This document shows, piece after piece, positions 16,412 to 27,600 of a stretch of 64,000 bases of DNA. Position 1 is the first letter of the stretch, and each line of letters opens with the position of its first letter. A program made the translations under genes and the position numbers. Below the pieces are notes generated by a model. The model ran no database searches. It was not told where the DNA came from and was given only the letters and a program-made list of their open reading frames with translations. The stretch is from an uncultured Sphingobacteriaceae bacterium (GTDB taxonomy: Bacteria; Bacteroidota; Bacteroidia; Sphingobacteriales; Sphingobacteriaceae), in NCBI GenBank assembly GCA_964244955.1, contig CAXTKQ010000001.1, positions 28,265 through 92,264 on the forward strand. The letters are read 5' to 3'.

Positions 16412-19400
16412 TTACCTCGTTGTTTCATCCGTTTTTCGATAAGCCCAGCCAAAAATCAGTGGGAAAACCCATAAACTAAAAACCATGGCACAAAGGATGC
16501 CGCCAATAACGACCCGGGCCAATGGCCTGGAACTTTCGGAGCCGATACCATGTGAAACAGCTGCCGGAAATAAACCAATGGCGGCCATCAGGGCAGTCAT
16601 CATCACCGGCCTGATCCGGGAATTTACCCCTAACTTTAAAGAAGTATATAAAGATTGGTGCTGGCCTTTAAACCTGTCAATATTCTGTTTAAACACGGTG
16701 ATGAGCAATACGCCGTCCTGGATACAAATACCAAACAAGGCAATAAAACCAATACCGGCAGAAATACTGAAATTAGTACCAGTTATCAGCAAAGCCAGGA
16801 TACCGCCGACAATGGCAAAAGGCACGTTCAGAAATACCAAGGCTGCATCTTTAATATCGCCAAACATAACATAAAGCAGTAAAAAAATAAGTGCCAAGCT
16901 GATAGGGACTACTTGGGCAAGGCGTTTTTCTGCCCGTTGCTGGTTTTCAAAATCACCTTGCCAGGCCAGGTGGTAACCGCGTTTTACTTTAACCTTGGTG
17001 ACTACTTTTTGTTGCGCTTCGGCTATTGTGCTGCCCATGTCCCGGCCGCGTACAGAAAATTTGAGGGTTGCATAACGTTCGTTCGCATCCCTGAAAATTA
17101 AACAAGGGCCTGTTTTTTGGCTGATTGCCGCTATTTCTTTAATCGGCACTTTTGTCCCGCTTTGGGTAGGCACCAATAGGTTTCCAATATCTTCAGGCGT
17201 TCTTCTGTATGCTTCCGGGAAACGGATACGGATATCAAACGTGCGTACGCCTTCATATAAGGTAGAAGCGGCCGTACCGCCGATAGCCATGGATATAACT
17301 GAATTGGCATCAGCGGTAGCTACACCGTACTGGGCCATTTTTTGCTGATCAAGTTTGATATCCAGTTCCGGCAATCCTATACTTTTTAGCACGCCCAAAT
17401 CTGCAATGCCTTTAACCCCTTTTAATACGTTATAAACTTCATTTACTTTTCCTTCTGCATAATTCAAAGAATCACCATAAACTTTTACAACGATAGAACC
17501 TTTTACACCCGAAACCGCCTCTTCCACATTATCGCTAATGGGCTGGGAAAAGTTAAGGTCGGCACCCGGAAGTACGGATAGTTTTGTGTTCATCTGGTCA
17601 ATCAGTTCTTCCTTGGTAATTTTGGGCTTCCAATCATCTTCCGGATACATAATCACATCAAATTCGTTATTGTAAAATCCGGCTACGTCCGTACCGTTAT
17701 CCGGCCGACCGGTTTGAGATACGGCGTATTGCACCTGCGGAAAAGACATTAATATCTGTCGGACTTTTTTTGATGTTTCTACGGATTTATCAAGCGATAT
17801 GCTATAAGGCAATTGAACCCTCAGCCATATCGAACCTTCATTCAATTCGGGCAAAAACTCGCTGCCTAAAAAGCTGAACGAGAATAAGCCTATTACCATG
17901 GCAATTAACGAAGTGATGACCACCAATTTTTTATACCTAAAAGAAGTAGTAAACCCGAAAAGCATAAACTTTGTAAGGTTGTGCACAAAAGGGTTATGCT
18001 TTTCGTGTACGTTTTTATTAAGAAGCATGCTGATCAGTACGGGTACTAAAGTAAGCGTGGTGATTAACGCGCCAAGCAGGGCAAAGCCCAAGGTAAAAGC
18101 AAGCGGCGAAAACAGCTTGCCTTCTACTTTTTGAAAGGCAAATACGGGCAACAAGCCTGTGATGATGATGAGTTTGGCAAAAAATATAGCCTTGCCCAGG
18201 TTGGCGCTGTTGTTTTTGATCAGGCCGAGTTTGATTTTTTTGTTAAACCGGTCCATACCTAATTGTACGGCTTCATGGTCTAAAATAACAAACATTCCTT
18301 CCGTCATTACCACCGCGCCATCTATAATGATCCCGAAATCTACCGCGCCTAAGGAGAGCAGGTTGGCAGACATGCCCATCAGGTGCAAACAGATAAATGC
18401 AAATAACAACGCCAGGGGTATGATGATAGAAACGATGAGCGTGGTACGCCAGTTGAACATAAAAATGGATACCAAAAAGGTTACCAGCAAGATCCCTTCG
18501 ATCAGGTTGTGCAGCACGGTGTGGGTTGCAAAACCGATGAGGTTTGAACGGTCGTAATAAGGCACAATCTTGGTATCGGCCGGCAAAACCTCATTATTGA
18601 TCTTGTTGATCTCTTCTTTTAAAGCAGCCAAAACTTCGGTAGGGTTTTGGCCTTTCCGCATTACGATAATTGCCTCTACTGCGTCTGCATCGTCAATTAC
18701 CTTTCTTTTGCCGTTTTTATCAATTATTGCATCGCTTCTGCCTACCCAACCCAACCGTGGCACATTTGATATGGAAACGGTTGCCACATCGTTCACAATT
18801 ACAGGCACGCCGTTGTTGTTGCTTACCACAACATTTCCGATCTGGTTGATATCCTGCAATAACCCTAAACCCCTTACCGCAAAAGCCTGGTTGTTCTGGA
18901 TGATCATGTCGCCGCCAACATTGATATTTGTTTTTTGAACGGCAGCAAAAACGTCTAAAGGCGTAATGCCCAAAGTAGTCAGTTTGCCTGGGTCAACTGT
19001 TATTTCATAGGCTTTTGTTTTACCGCCAAAACTGTTGATATCGCCAATGCCCTGGATAGCCCTTAAACGGCGGTCTATCACCCAATCCTGTATGGTTTTT
19101 AGCTCTCTTACATCTCTTACAGAACTTTTCAGCGTGTACCTGAATATCTCGCCTGTTGGGCCAACCGGCGGCTGTACCGACGGGGTAATACCGTTAGGCA
19201 AAGTAGCATTGGTTAATAAATTATACACTTGCTGCCTGGCTTCCTGGTCTAATACATTATCCTCAAAAATCACCTTTACGTAGCTTAAACCAAAAATGGT
19301 GGAAGAACGAAGGCTGGCTTTCTTTTGAACCGGGTTTAAAGCAATTTCTATCGGGATAGTTACGAGTTTTTCAACCTCTTCGGCACTTTGGCCCGGCCAT

Positions 19401-19564
19401 TGGGTTATAATGTCCACCTCGGTATTGGTAACATCCGGAAAAGCCTCAATAGGCATCTGCATAAAAGTAATGATACCTGTAATTACCAATGCCGCCGCAA
19501 GAAATAGAATGAGGTATTTGTTTTTTAATGAAAACCCAATGATACCTCTGAGAACCTTTATCAT
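16412..19564 (-). CDS. CusA/CzcA-family heavy-metal efflux RND permease (copy 1)
   Basis: 1050 aa with 12-TM RND architecture and the HME-type motif LGAVDFGIIIDGAVVM. Confidence 0.92.
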   Translation of the reverse strand: MIKVLRGIIGFSLKNKYLILFLAAALVITGIITFMQMPIEAFPDVTNTEVDIITQWPGQSAEEVEKLVTIPIEIALNPVQKKASLRSSTIFGLSYVKVIFEDNVLDQEARQQVYNLLTNATLPNGITPSVQPPVGPTGEIFRYTLKSSVRDVRELKTIQDWVIDRRLRAIQGIGDINSFGGKTKAYEITVDPGKLTTLGITPLDVFAAVQKTNINVGGDMIIQNNQAFAVRGLGLLQDINQIGNVVVSNNNGVPVIVNDVATVSISNVPRLGWVGRSDAIIDKNGKRKVIDDADAVEAIIVMRKGQNPTEVLAALKEEINKINNEVLPADTKIVPYYDRSNLIGFATHTVLHNLIEGILLVTFLVSIFMFNWRTTLIVSIIIPLALLFAFICLHLMGMSANLLSLGAVDFGIIIDGAVVMTEGMFVILDHEAVQLGMDRFNKKIKLGLIKNNSANLGKAIFFAKLIIITGLLPVFAFQKVEGKLFSPLAFTLGFALLGALITTLTLVPVLISMLLNKNVHEKHNPFVHNLTKFMLFGFTTSFRYKKLVVITSLIAMVIGLFSFSFLGSEFLPELNEGSIWLRVQLPYSISLDKSVETSKKVRQILMSFPQVQYAVSQTGRPDNGTDVAGFYNNEFDVIMYPEDDWKPKITKEELIDQMNTKLSVLPGADLNFSQPISDNVEEAVSGVKGSIVVKVYGDSLNYAEGKVNEVYNVLKGVKGIADLGVLKSIGLPELDIKLDQQKMAQYGVATADANSVISMAIGGTAASTLYEGVRTFDIRIRFPEAYRRTPEDIGNLLVPTQSGTKVPIKEIAAISQKTGPCLIFRDANERYATLKFSVRGRDMGSTIAEAQQKVVTKVKVKRGYHLAWQGDFENQQRAEKRLAQVVPISLALIFLLLYVMFGDIKDAALVFLNVPFAIVGGILALLITGTNFSISAGIGFIALFGICIQDGVLLITVFKQNIDRFKGQHQSLYTSLKLGVNSRIRPVMMTALMAAIGLFPAAVSHGIGSESSRPLARVVIGGILCAMVFSLWVFPLIFGWAYRKTDETTR

Positions 19565-19589
19565 TTCTGTTTGTCTGAAGATGAAGAAA

Positions 19590-20693
19590 TTAGCTGTTTA
19601 AAGAGCCGTAAATAAGGATGGCATTTGATGTGATTACCCTTTCGCCGGGTGCAAGGCCACTTTTGATATATGCCGTGTTTCCGTTCGTGCTGATGATATC
19701 TACCGGCCTGATCTGTACATCCTTTTCGCCTTTTATTATAACAACGTAATACTGGCTGTGGTCAAAAACAAGGGCATGGCTCGAAACAGAGATAGCCTGT
19801 TTGTTTTCATTATTGTTTACACTAACTGTGGTAAACATTTGCGGCTTTAACAGGTAGCCCGGGTTATTTAAAACAACCCTCATTTTCATCACTTTCGTGG
19901 TTGGGTCAATCACGTTCATGATCTCATTGATATTGCCCTTAAAAACCTTGTCAGGATAAGAAATGGTAGTTACATCAACGGGATCGCCCTGGTGCACTTT
20001 GCCAATATTTTCTTCATAAACGTTGGCTTGCACCCACACATTTTTAAGATCGGAAATGGTAAAAAGGCCAGTACTGTTGTCCGTGCGGATGGCCATCCCA
20101 TTGGTTACGTTTTTTTGAACAACAAAACCTTCTATCGGTGCTTTAATTACATACTCTCCGTTTGGGTTGTTGCCGTTGATGCTCAGTATCTTTTGCGCCG
20201 CAGTCCTGGCCGCTACCGCTTGCTGGTAGGCAGATTCTGCATTGGTTATATCCACTTGCGATGCCAGGCCGCTTTTGTAAAGGTCTTTTTGCTGCGATAA
20301 TTGCCTGGCCGTTAAACGCACGGAAGCTTGGGCATCAACCAGTGCCGAGTTATAGTTGGCCACTTCGGCACTTTTAATAATCCCCAAAGTTTGGCCTGCA
20401 TGTACATAATCCCCCGGCATAACATTAACGTTCTGTACGTTCCCGCTAACCAATGGAAAAACATTGACTACATTATTGGTATTAAAATCTACAATGCCGT
20501 TAAATTTTAAAACGTCAACAATGTTTGAAGTTTTTACGGTATCTATCGTCAGTGTTTTTAATAAAGAATCAGGGATTACGTAAGGAACACGTACATCGCT
20601 GGTTGTATCTTTTGGTTTGCACGAAAACAGGTTTAACAATACACAGCAAACAGTAACTGTTTGGATGCTGTTTTTAAGGGTACTTTTTTTCAT
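19590..20693 (-). CDS. Efflux RND periplasmic adaptor (membrane fusion protein, CzcB-like, copy 1)
   Basis: 367 aa with a lipoprotein-like N-terminus, a coiled-coil hairpin and beta-barrel pattern. It lies between the OMP and RND genes. Confidence 0.88.
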   Translation of the reverse strand: MKKSTLKNSIQTVTVCCVLLNLFSCKPKDTTSDVRVPYVIPDSLLKTLTIDTVKTSNIVDVLKFNGIVDFNTNNVVNVFPLVSGNVQNVNVMPGDYVHAGQTLGIIKSAEVANYNSALVDAQASVRLTARQLSQQKDLYKSGLASQVDITNAESAYQQAVAARTAAQKILSINGNNPNGEYVIKAPIEGFVVQKNVTNGMAIRTDNSTGLFTISDLKNVWVQANVYEENIGKVHQGDPVDVTTISYPDKVFKGNINEIMNVIDPTTKVMKMRVVLNNPGYLLKPQMFTTVSVNNNENKQAISVSSHALVFDHSQYYVVIIKGEKDVQIRPVDIISTNGNTAYIKSGLAPGERVITSNAILIYGSLNS

Positions 20694-20719
20694 AAAAATT
20701 ATATTAGAAAAAACAGTTG

Positions 20720-22057
20720 CTATTGGTTAAAGAAAGGCGTACCGGTAACAAAATTAAGTTGCTCTAACGACGTAACCCGGTTAAGCTGGATGTTATTTAG
20801 CTGAAGTACATTTGTTTTGTAAGAATCATAAAAATCCAAAAACTCCAGCAAGCTGATGTTGCGTTTTGCATAGTTTAAAAACACTTCTTGTATCAAATGA
20901 TTAAAGTCGGCTTTAAACTTGGGGTCGAACGTTTTGTATAAACTTTCCAGCCTTAGCGCTCCTTTGTAATTAGTGGAAACATCCATCGCAACCTGGTTCT
21001 GCACATTCTCCAAATCAACCTTGCTTTGGTCAACCGCTATCCGGGCCTGTTTAATGGCGCCCTGGTTACGGTTAAAAAACGGCAGGTTAAACTCAATTCC
21101 GCCACCCAGATAATTATTGCCGTAAGAGCCAAGCCTGTCAAAATTAAGCGACAGTGAAAAATCAGGCACGGCAATCGCTTTCTGCAAGCTTAAATTAGTG
21201 CTGTTGTAGGCTACGGTGGTTTTTGCCAGTTTAAGGTCGTACCGGTTTACATAGGCCGAATCCAACAATTGCATGTAGGGCATACTGGCTACAATAGTTT
21301 TGCCGCTGTACATATCTTCGTCAACCAAAGGAACGATATATACAGCCGGGGAAGCCCGTATCAGCATTTTAAATTCACTTTGCGTCGTATCAATGTTGAC
21401 CTGAAGGTTATTGTATTCTACTTGTAACGAGTACAATTGCGACTGGATACGCAACACTTCCTTTTCGGCAATGTTGCCTTTTGCGTACTGCTCCCGAAAA
21501 GCGGTTAGGAGTTTAGACAGGGAATTTATTTCCTGGTTATAAACCAAAGAAGACTGTTCCTGAAAATAAATACTGTAAAAATCATTTCTTAAAGTAAATT
21601 TAAGTGTGCGCAGGAAATCAAAAAACTGGTACCGCGCTTGCTCTACACCAATTTTTGCCAACTGTATATTTTTGTTTCGCTTGCCGGCAGTTGTAAAAAG
21701 CTGTGAAAAATTAAAAGAGTTTTCTTTGTAGGCCGGCCCCTGACTTATATCCGTGGCATATATGCCGTTTGAATAATTGAAATCAGGGTTAGGAAATAAT
21801 TTTGCAGTGATGATTGCAGCGGTAGCATTGTCTATGTTATAACGCTGGGCAATTATTTGCAGGTTGTTTTTTAAAAACTGGTCCTCAGCTTGTTTAACCG
21901 TTAATTTTAAAGTATCGGTGGTTTGCAGCGGTGATTGGGCAGAGGCAGGTTTTACGGCAGCTATCAACCCAAACAAACATAAAAAAATAGCTGCTACTGA
22001 TTTTCTATGCATCTTCAGTATATTTTTAACAAACATACGGGCCAAAAACAAGCGCAA
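20720..22057 (-). CDS. TolC-like outer-membrane efflux protein (CzcC-like, copy 1)
   Basis: Two OEP repeats and a signal peptide. The real start is more likely the ATG at 22012 (MHRKSVAAIFLCLFG..ASAQ). Confidence 0.85.
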   Translation of the reverse strand: MRLFLARMFVKNILKMHRKSVAAIFLCLFGLIAAVKPASAQSPLQTTDTLKLTVKQAEDQFLKNNLQIIAQRYNIDNATAAIITAKLFPNPDFNYSNGIYATDISQGPAYKENSFNFSQLFTTAGKRNKNIQLAKIGVEQARYQFFDFLRTLKFTLRNDFYSIYFQEQSSLVYNQEINSLSKLLTAFREQYAKGNIAEKEVLRIQSQLYSLQVEYNNLQVNIDTTQSEFKMLIRASPAVYIVPLVDEDMYSGKTIVASMPYMQLLDSAYVNRYDLKLAKTTVAYNSTNLSLQKAIAVPDFSLSLNFDRLGSYGNNYLGGGIEFNLPFFNRNQGAIKQARIAVDQSKVDLENVQNQVAMDVSTNYKGALRLESLYKTFDPKFKADFNHLIQEVFLNYAKRNISLLEFLDFYDSYKTNVLQLNNIQLNRVTSLEQLNFVTGTPFFNQ

Positions 22058-22133
22058 GATTAAACCTGGATTAGAATTTCAACCAGTTTGTGCGGATAGA
22101 AGACGGCCTGTTTCTAGTTGAGTTATTTTTTTG

Positions 22134-22231
22134 ATGCTTCTTTTATGCCCATAAATTTGGTGGTTGAAATTATAACCGGTACAAAAACCTCAAAAAAAAC
22201 CACACTAATTTTTATGCGGTAAAAGAAGCAT
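22134..22231. repeat. Inverted doublet of the abundant repeat (REPIN/MITE-like), 98 bp
   Basis: Left arm ATGCTTCTTTTATGCCCATAAATTTGGTG and right arm CACACTAATTTTTATGCGGTAAAAGAAGCAT, in inverted orientation. Confidence 0.85.
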
Positions 22232-22276
22232 GGGAAATAAACGGGACAAAACTTAAATAGGCTTAACAAACGCAGG

Positions 22277-22305
22277 CACCAATTTTATGGGCATAAAAGA
22301 AGCAT
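22277..22305. repeat. Solo arm of the abundant repeat
   Basis: CACCAATTTTATGGGCATAAAAGAAGCAT. Confidence 0.8.
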
Positions 22306-22346
22306 TGGGTTTTGGTTGAACAAAATTTAAGCAGGCCAAAGGCTTG

Positions 22347-23699
22347 TTAAAATGTGATGGTAAAAACCGTGCCCGCGCCCACAACAGAATTAAAGCTGAT
22401 TTTTCCGTTGAACAAGCGCACCACTTTATCGGCAATGTACAGCCCAATGCCGCTGCCCAAAAAGCCATAAGCATTTTCCCCTCTGTAAAAAGGGTTAAAA
22501 ACATGGTGGCGGTTTGCTTCCGGGATGCCAATCCCCTGGTCTTTTACTTGTATTTGCATCCCTTTGTCATCTGCAGCCAGCGTAAGCTGCACCGGTTTAT
22601 GGCCCGAAAACTTAAAAGCGTTCCCGATGATGTTGTTGAGGGCAATGACCAGCAACTGGCGGTTTACCGATAAATTAAGGTAGGTTTCATCTTCCGGCAG
22701 TTTTTGCATCAAAACGTTCAGCACGTTTTTGCCATACTTTTCGTTCCAGTAATTTTGCAGCTCCCAAATTAAATCATCAACCCGGATGGTTGATTGTTTG
22801 GCAATGGTATAATCTGCATCCACTTGGGCCAGCTCCATCAAACTGCTGATGGTTTCTTTTAAATTTTCTGAGTGGGAGAGTACAGACCTGAGCAGCGTTT
22901 TGTATTCTTCCCCGCTCCGGGGATGGTACAAGGCAACCTCAATCTCCCCGATAATGCTGGTAACCGGTGTCCGCAGTTCGTGCGAGGCATTGGCAATATA
23001 CGTTTTTTGCATTTCAAAAGCGTTTTCCAAATGCTCCAGCAACTGGTTAAAGCTAAAAGCCAGCTCGCCGATTTCGTCTTTGCTGTTCCCTTCTTTTACC
23101 CGCAGGTTTAGGTTGGTTGCCTTGATCCGCTGCATTTGCTTCACTACCTTTTTTAACGGAAGTAAAGCCTCCTGTGCAAACCACCTGCTGATTAGAAACA
23201 AACTGATGCCAACCGAGATAAACAAAAAAAGCATAATTTCCCGCATCTGTTTCAGCCGGTGCAAGCCTTCCAGGTCTTTTGCCGATACCAGGATCACAAA
23301 ATTGCCCTGGTTGTCTTTGTAATAAATGCCTACGGTTTGCCTGTCGCCTTCCACAAGCTGCATGTAATTGTTTTTTCGGACCTGATTGATAATGCCGGAA
23401 GCCCAGTACTGCAATTTATCCTGTATAAAAGCAGCATTGTTGTCGCTGTTATAAATCCTGACGATCTCTCCCGGCAGCTCATTCAAATAAAGTACCCTAA
23501 CTTTATTAAGCGAATCTGTTGATATTTCGTCGGCTTCTAAATAAAGCCTGGCGGTAACCGTTGCCCTTTCCTTTAAATGGGCATAAAAATCATTGCGGAA
23601 AAAAACAACAAACGAAAGATAGATGGCAATAAAAACAGCCAGCAATACCCCGGAACTGATCAGGGTAAAATAAAGGGAAAGCCGGTTTTTAATCTTCAT
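22347..23699 (-). CDS. Sensor histidine kinase (2 TM, HAMP, HisKA, HATPase_c)
   Basis: H-box ANASHELRTPVTSIIGEIE, N-box NIIGNAFKF, and G-boxes DQGIGIP and GSGIGLYIA. Confidence 0.9.
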   Translation of the reverse strand: MKIKNRLSLYFTLISSGVLLAVFIAIYLSFVVFFRNDFYAHLKERATVTARLYLEADEISTDSLNKVRVLYLNELPGEIVRIYNSDNNAAFIQDKLQYWASGIINQVRKNNYMQLVEGDRQTVGIYYKDNQGNFVILVSAKDLEGLHRLKQMREIMLFLFISVGISLFLISRWFAQEALLPLKKVVKQMQRIKATNLNLRVKEGNSKDEIGELAFSFNQLLEHLENAFEMQKTYIANASHELRTPVTSIIGEIEVALYHPRSGEEYKTLLRSVLSHSENLKETISSLMELAQVDADYTIAKQSTIRVDDLIWELQNYWNEKYGKNVLNVLMQKLPEDETYLNLSVNRQLLVIALNNIIGNAFKFSGHKPVQLTLAADDKGMQIQVKDQGIGIPEANRHHVFNPFYRGENAYGFLGSGIGLYIADKVVRLFNGKISFNSVVGAGTVFTITF

Positions 23700-23710
23700 T
23701 GCCGGTAATT

Positions 23711-24382
23711 TTATTTAAAAATATAGCCTTTGCCAATCACCGTATAAATAAGTTTCCGATCGAAGCCTTTTTCTATTTTTTTGCGCAGGTAGTTCACGTA
23801 AACATCAATCATATTGGTGCCGGTATCAAAATCAATGCCCCAAACTTCTTTTGCAATTAACTGCCTGGAAAGGATTTTATTTTTATTTTTGATGAACAAG
23901 ACTAATAAATCAAATTCTTTTGCGGTTAAATTAATAGCGTGTCCGGCCCTTTTTGCTTCATAGTTTAGCGTGTTTAAAACGATGTCTTCAAATTCAAGCA
24001 AATGGGTATCGTTTTGCTTTTTTCTCCTTAGCAAAGCTTCTATCCGGGCCAGCAATTCGCTGAAATGAAACGGTTTAAGCAGATAATCATCGGCCCCGGC
24101 CTTTAGCCCTTTCACTTTATCGTCAACCGTTCCTAAAGCAGTAAGCATCAGGATCGGAACTTGTTCATTATTGGCACGGATCTGTTTGCATACCTCAATA
24201 CCGTTAACATATGGCAGCATGATATCTAAAATAATCAGGCCGTATTCTTTGTTCAGCCCGTACTTTAATCCTGCTGCACCGTCTTTTGCCAGTTCAACCA
24301 TGTATTGGTTTTCTTCCAACCCTTTTTTAATAAATGAAGCCACACTGTCGTCATCTTCAACTAAAAGTATATTGACCATCAA
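23711..24382 (-). CDS. OmpR/PhoB-family response regulator
   Basis: REC domain (ILLVEDD...LIILDIMLP...LTA...K) plus a winged-helix C-terminal domain (..YVNYLRKKIE...IYTVIGKGY). Confidence 0.92.
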   Translation of the reverse strand: MMVNILLVEDDDSVASFIKKGLEENQYMVELAKDGAAGLKYGLNKEYGLIILDIMLPYVNGIEVCKQIRANNEQVPILMLTALGTVDDKVKGLKAGADDYLLKPFHFSELLARIEALLRRKKQNDTHLLEFEDIVLNTLNYEAKRAGHAINLTAKEFDLLVLFIKNKNKILSRQLIAKEVWGIDFDTGTNMIDVYVNYLRKKIEKGFDRKLIYTVIGKGYIFK

Positions 24383-24460
24383 TTTCCCCCTAATTAAATG
24401 TAACGAAAATAGCAGATGTGCTTTTATAAAAAAAGCCGGTTGTTTAATCAGGCAAAGCGC

Positions 24461-24537
24461 ATGCTTCTTTTACTGCCTTAAATTTAGGGTTGGTTTTTGT
24501 GTGATGACCACAAAATTAATAGGCATAAAAGAAGCAT
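24461..24537. repeat. Inverted doublet of the abundant repeat, 77 bp
   Basis: ATGCTTCTTTTACTGCCTTAAATTTAGGGT ... ACCACAAAATTAATAGGCATAAAAGAAGCAT. A further 1-mismatch arm (GTGCTTCTTTTATGCC..) lies at 24606..24634. Confidence 0.85.
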
Positions 24538-24635
24538 GTTTGTTGCCAACGCAAAGGGTTGTTTTAGGTTGATTAGAAACCCAAACATTTATTGCCCACC
24601 GGCTGGTGCTTCTTTTATGCCATTAAAAATGTTAC

Positions 24636-27600
24636 TTACTTGCTCACCGCACCAATTTTTTGCAGCAGCTTCCGGTTTTCCCGCTTGTGCATAAAACTAT
24701 ACACCATTTTATAAATAATTGGTAAAAGAAGCAAGGTCAGGATGGTGGAAGTAACCAAACCGCCAATCACCACAATAGCCAAAGGTTTTTGCGTTTCGGA
24801 GCCGATGCCGGTAGAAATTGCAGCCGGCATTAAACCAATGGCGGCCATCAAAGCGGTCATCACCACAGGGCGTACACGGGACAGAACGCCGGTTAAAATA
24901 GCTTCATCTATTTGCACGCCTTCCAATATATTTTTGCGGAAAACCGAGATCAGGATTACACCATTTTGGATACAAACACCAAACAGCGCGATAAAACCGA
25001 TACCTGCCGAAATACTGAAATTGGTATTGGTGATGTGCAAAGCCAAAATACCGCCGATCAAAGCAAAAGGCACGTTCAGGATTACCAATACGGCATCTTT
25101 TACATTGCCAAAAGTGGTAAACAGGATCAGAAAGATCACCAATAAACAGATTGGGACAACATTGGCCAAAGTATGCGATGCGCGGATCTGGTTTTCAAAC
25201 TCGCCGTTCCAGGTGGTGGTGTAGCCTTGGTCAAATTTTACCGCCTGGTTTACTTTCTGCTGTGCTTCGGCAATGGTGCTTCCCAAATCGCGGCCACGTA
25301 CCGAGAATTTTACGGCGATGTAACGCATGTTGTTGTCGCGGTAAATAAAGGCCGGGCCAGTCAACTTGGTAATTTGTGCAATTTCTTTGATAGCAATTTT
25401 AGAACCGTTTAAAGTTGGCACCATCAGGTTTTCAATCTTTTCTTCGGTATCGCGGTAATCTTTTTGGTAGCGGATCCGAATGTCGAACTTCCTTTCGCCC
25501 TGGTACAAAGTGGTTGCCGCTTTTCCGCCGATTGCCATCTCGATCACCGAGTTGGCATCGGCCGTAGAAATGCCATACAAAGCCATCTTGCTTTGGTCCA
25601 GTTCGATCCTAAATTCGGGCTGGCCCAAGTTTCTGAGTATTCCCAAATCTTCCACACCCTGAACTTTACTTAAAACGCGCATTACTTCATCGGCTTTTCC
25701 ATCCAAAACTTTAAAATCGGTGCCGAAAATTTTTACGGCCATTGAAGCCGGAACACCTGCCACCGCTTCGGCCACATTATCAATAATCGGCTGCGAATAG
25801 TTAAAGATAATTCCAGGAAATTGGCTCAGCTTTTTGTCCATCTGCGCAATCAGTTCTTCCTGGGTGATGTTTCGTTTCCACTCGTCTTTTGGCAAAAGAT
25901 CAACCTGGATTTGCACGTTAAAAAAACCTTTCGGGTCGGTTCCGTCGTTCGTCCGGCCAACTTGCGACATGGTTTGTTTAACCTCTGGGAACGAACCCAA
26001 AATACTGCGCATCTTATTGGTGGTGCTGACGGAACTTTCCAGCGACGTACTCATTGGCAATTGTGCCGTAACCCACAATGCGCCTTCGTTTAACTGCGGC
26101 AAAAACTCCGTCCCTAATAATTTGGCCGAAGCAAAAGTAAGCGCCATAAAAACTAAAGCCACAATCAAGCTTAGCTTCTGGTTTTTGTAGGTGAAATTGA
26201 ACATCTTGTGGATGCCGTTTTCAAAGAACAATACAATCGGGTTGTGTTTTTCGCGAACGTTTTTTCGGAGTAAAATGCTGGATAACGCCGGAACTAAAGT
26301 CAACGTAAAAATCAAAGCGCCCAGCAAGGCAAAGCTCAACGTGTAGGCCAAAGGCGAGAACATTTTGCCTTCCACTTTTTGAAAAGCGAAAATTGGCATC
26401 AAACAGGTGAGGATGATGAGTTTGGAGAAGAAGATCGCTTTCCCCATTTCTGTACCCACATTTTTGAATAAGCCCAACTTGGCCAGCTTGTTAAATTTTT
26501 CCATGCCCACCTCTTTGGCCTTGTGGTCCAGCGCGACGTAAATCCCCTCGACCATTACCACGGCCCCGTCTATGATGATCCCAAAATCAACCGCACCCAT
26601 AGAAAGTAAATTGGCGCTCATGCCTTTCAGCCTCAAACAAATAAAGGCGAACAATAAAGCTAAAGGAATAATGATGGCTACCGTTAGTGTGGTGCGCCAA
26701 TCGGCCATAAACAAAAACACAATCACGGTTACCAGCACAATCCCTTCGATCAAGTTATGGATAACGGTGTGCGTGGCAAAATCCATCAAAGTGGTACGAT
26801 CATAAAAAACATCAATTTTGGTGTCTTTCGGCAGGATATGGGCGTTCAAATCCTTTACTTTGTCCTTAATCCGTACCAAAACATCGGATGGGTTTTCGCC
26901 TTTGCGCATCACCACAATACCTTCAATGGCGTCGTTGTCTTTATCGCGCCCAACCTGGCCCAAGCGTGGCAACCCACTTTCGTGGATGTCGGCCACGTTT
27001 CGCGCTAAAATCGGTACGTTGTTTACGTTTTTGATGATGATATTTTGGATCTCGCTGATGTTGTTGATCACTCCAATCCCCCTAACCACATAAGCCTGGT
27101 TGTTTTTTTCGATCACATCGCCGCCCACGTTAATATTGCTGCGGTTAATGGCATTGTAAACATCTAAGGAAGTTAAGCCGTATTTTTGAAGCAGGGCAGG
27201 GTTTACGCTTACCTCAAAATCTTTTTCTTCCCCACCAAAACTGTTGACATCGGCAACACCGGGAATGGCCTTAAACTGGCGGTCTAAAACCCAATCCTGT
27301 ATCTCGGTCAGGTCATGTATACTTCTGATCTTGCTTCTCAGTGTATAACGGAAAATTTCACCGGTTGGGCCGTACGGCGGTTCTACTTCCGGTTTTACGC
27401 CATCAGGCAAATCGGCATTCAGCAACCGGCTTAAAACCTGCTGGCGCGCGAAGGCATCGTCCACATCGTCATCAAAAATAATGCGGACGTAAGACAAGCC
27501 GAAAGAAGAGGTGGTGCGCAGGTTGGATTTTTTCTGGACCGAATTCAGCACCGTTTCCATCGGGATGGTGATCATCCTTTCCACCTCTTCCGCACTACGG

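Noticed and set aside
22134-22162. Repeat arms as promoters, because many contain TAAATTTG, which matches the Bacteroidota -7 box TAnnTTTG
   Set aside because: The orientation relative to downstream genes is inconsistent. For example, the arms at 24461, 27879, 34083, 36952, 40621, 56339 and 58720 point into the 3' ends of convergent genes. Many arms deviate from TTTG, and no consistent -33 element is present. Occasional promoter activity cannot be excluded.
22134-22305. The recurring ~29-nt repeats might be a CRISPR array
   Set aside because: Copies are inverted rather than direct, with irregular spacing: 0-45 nt within doublets and kilobases between loci. They are scattered over the whole window, some lie in CDSs, and no cas genes are present.
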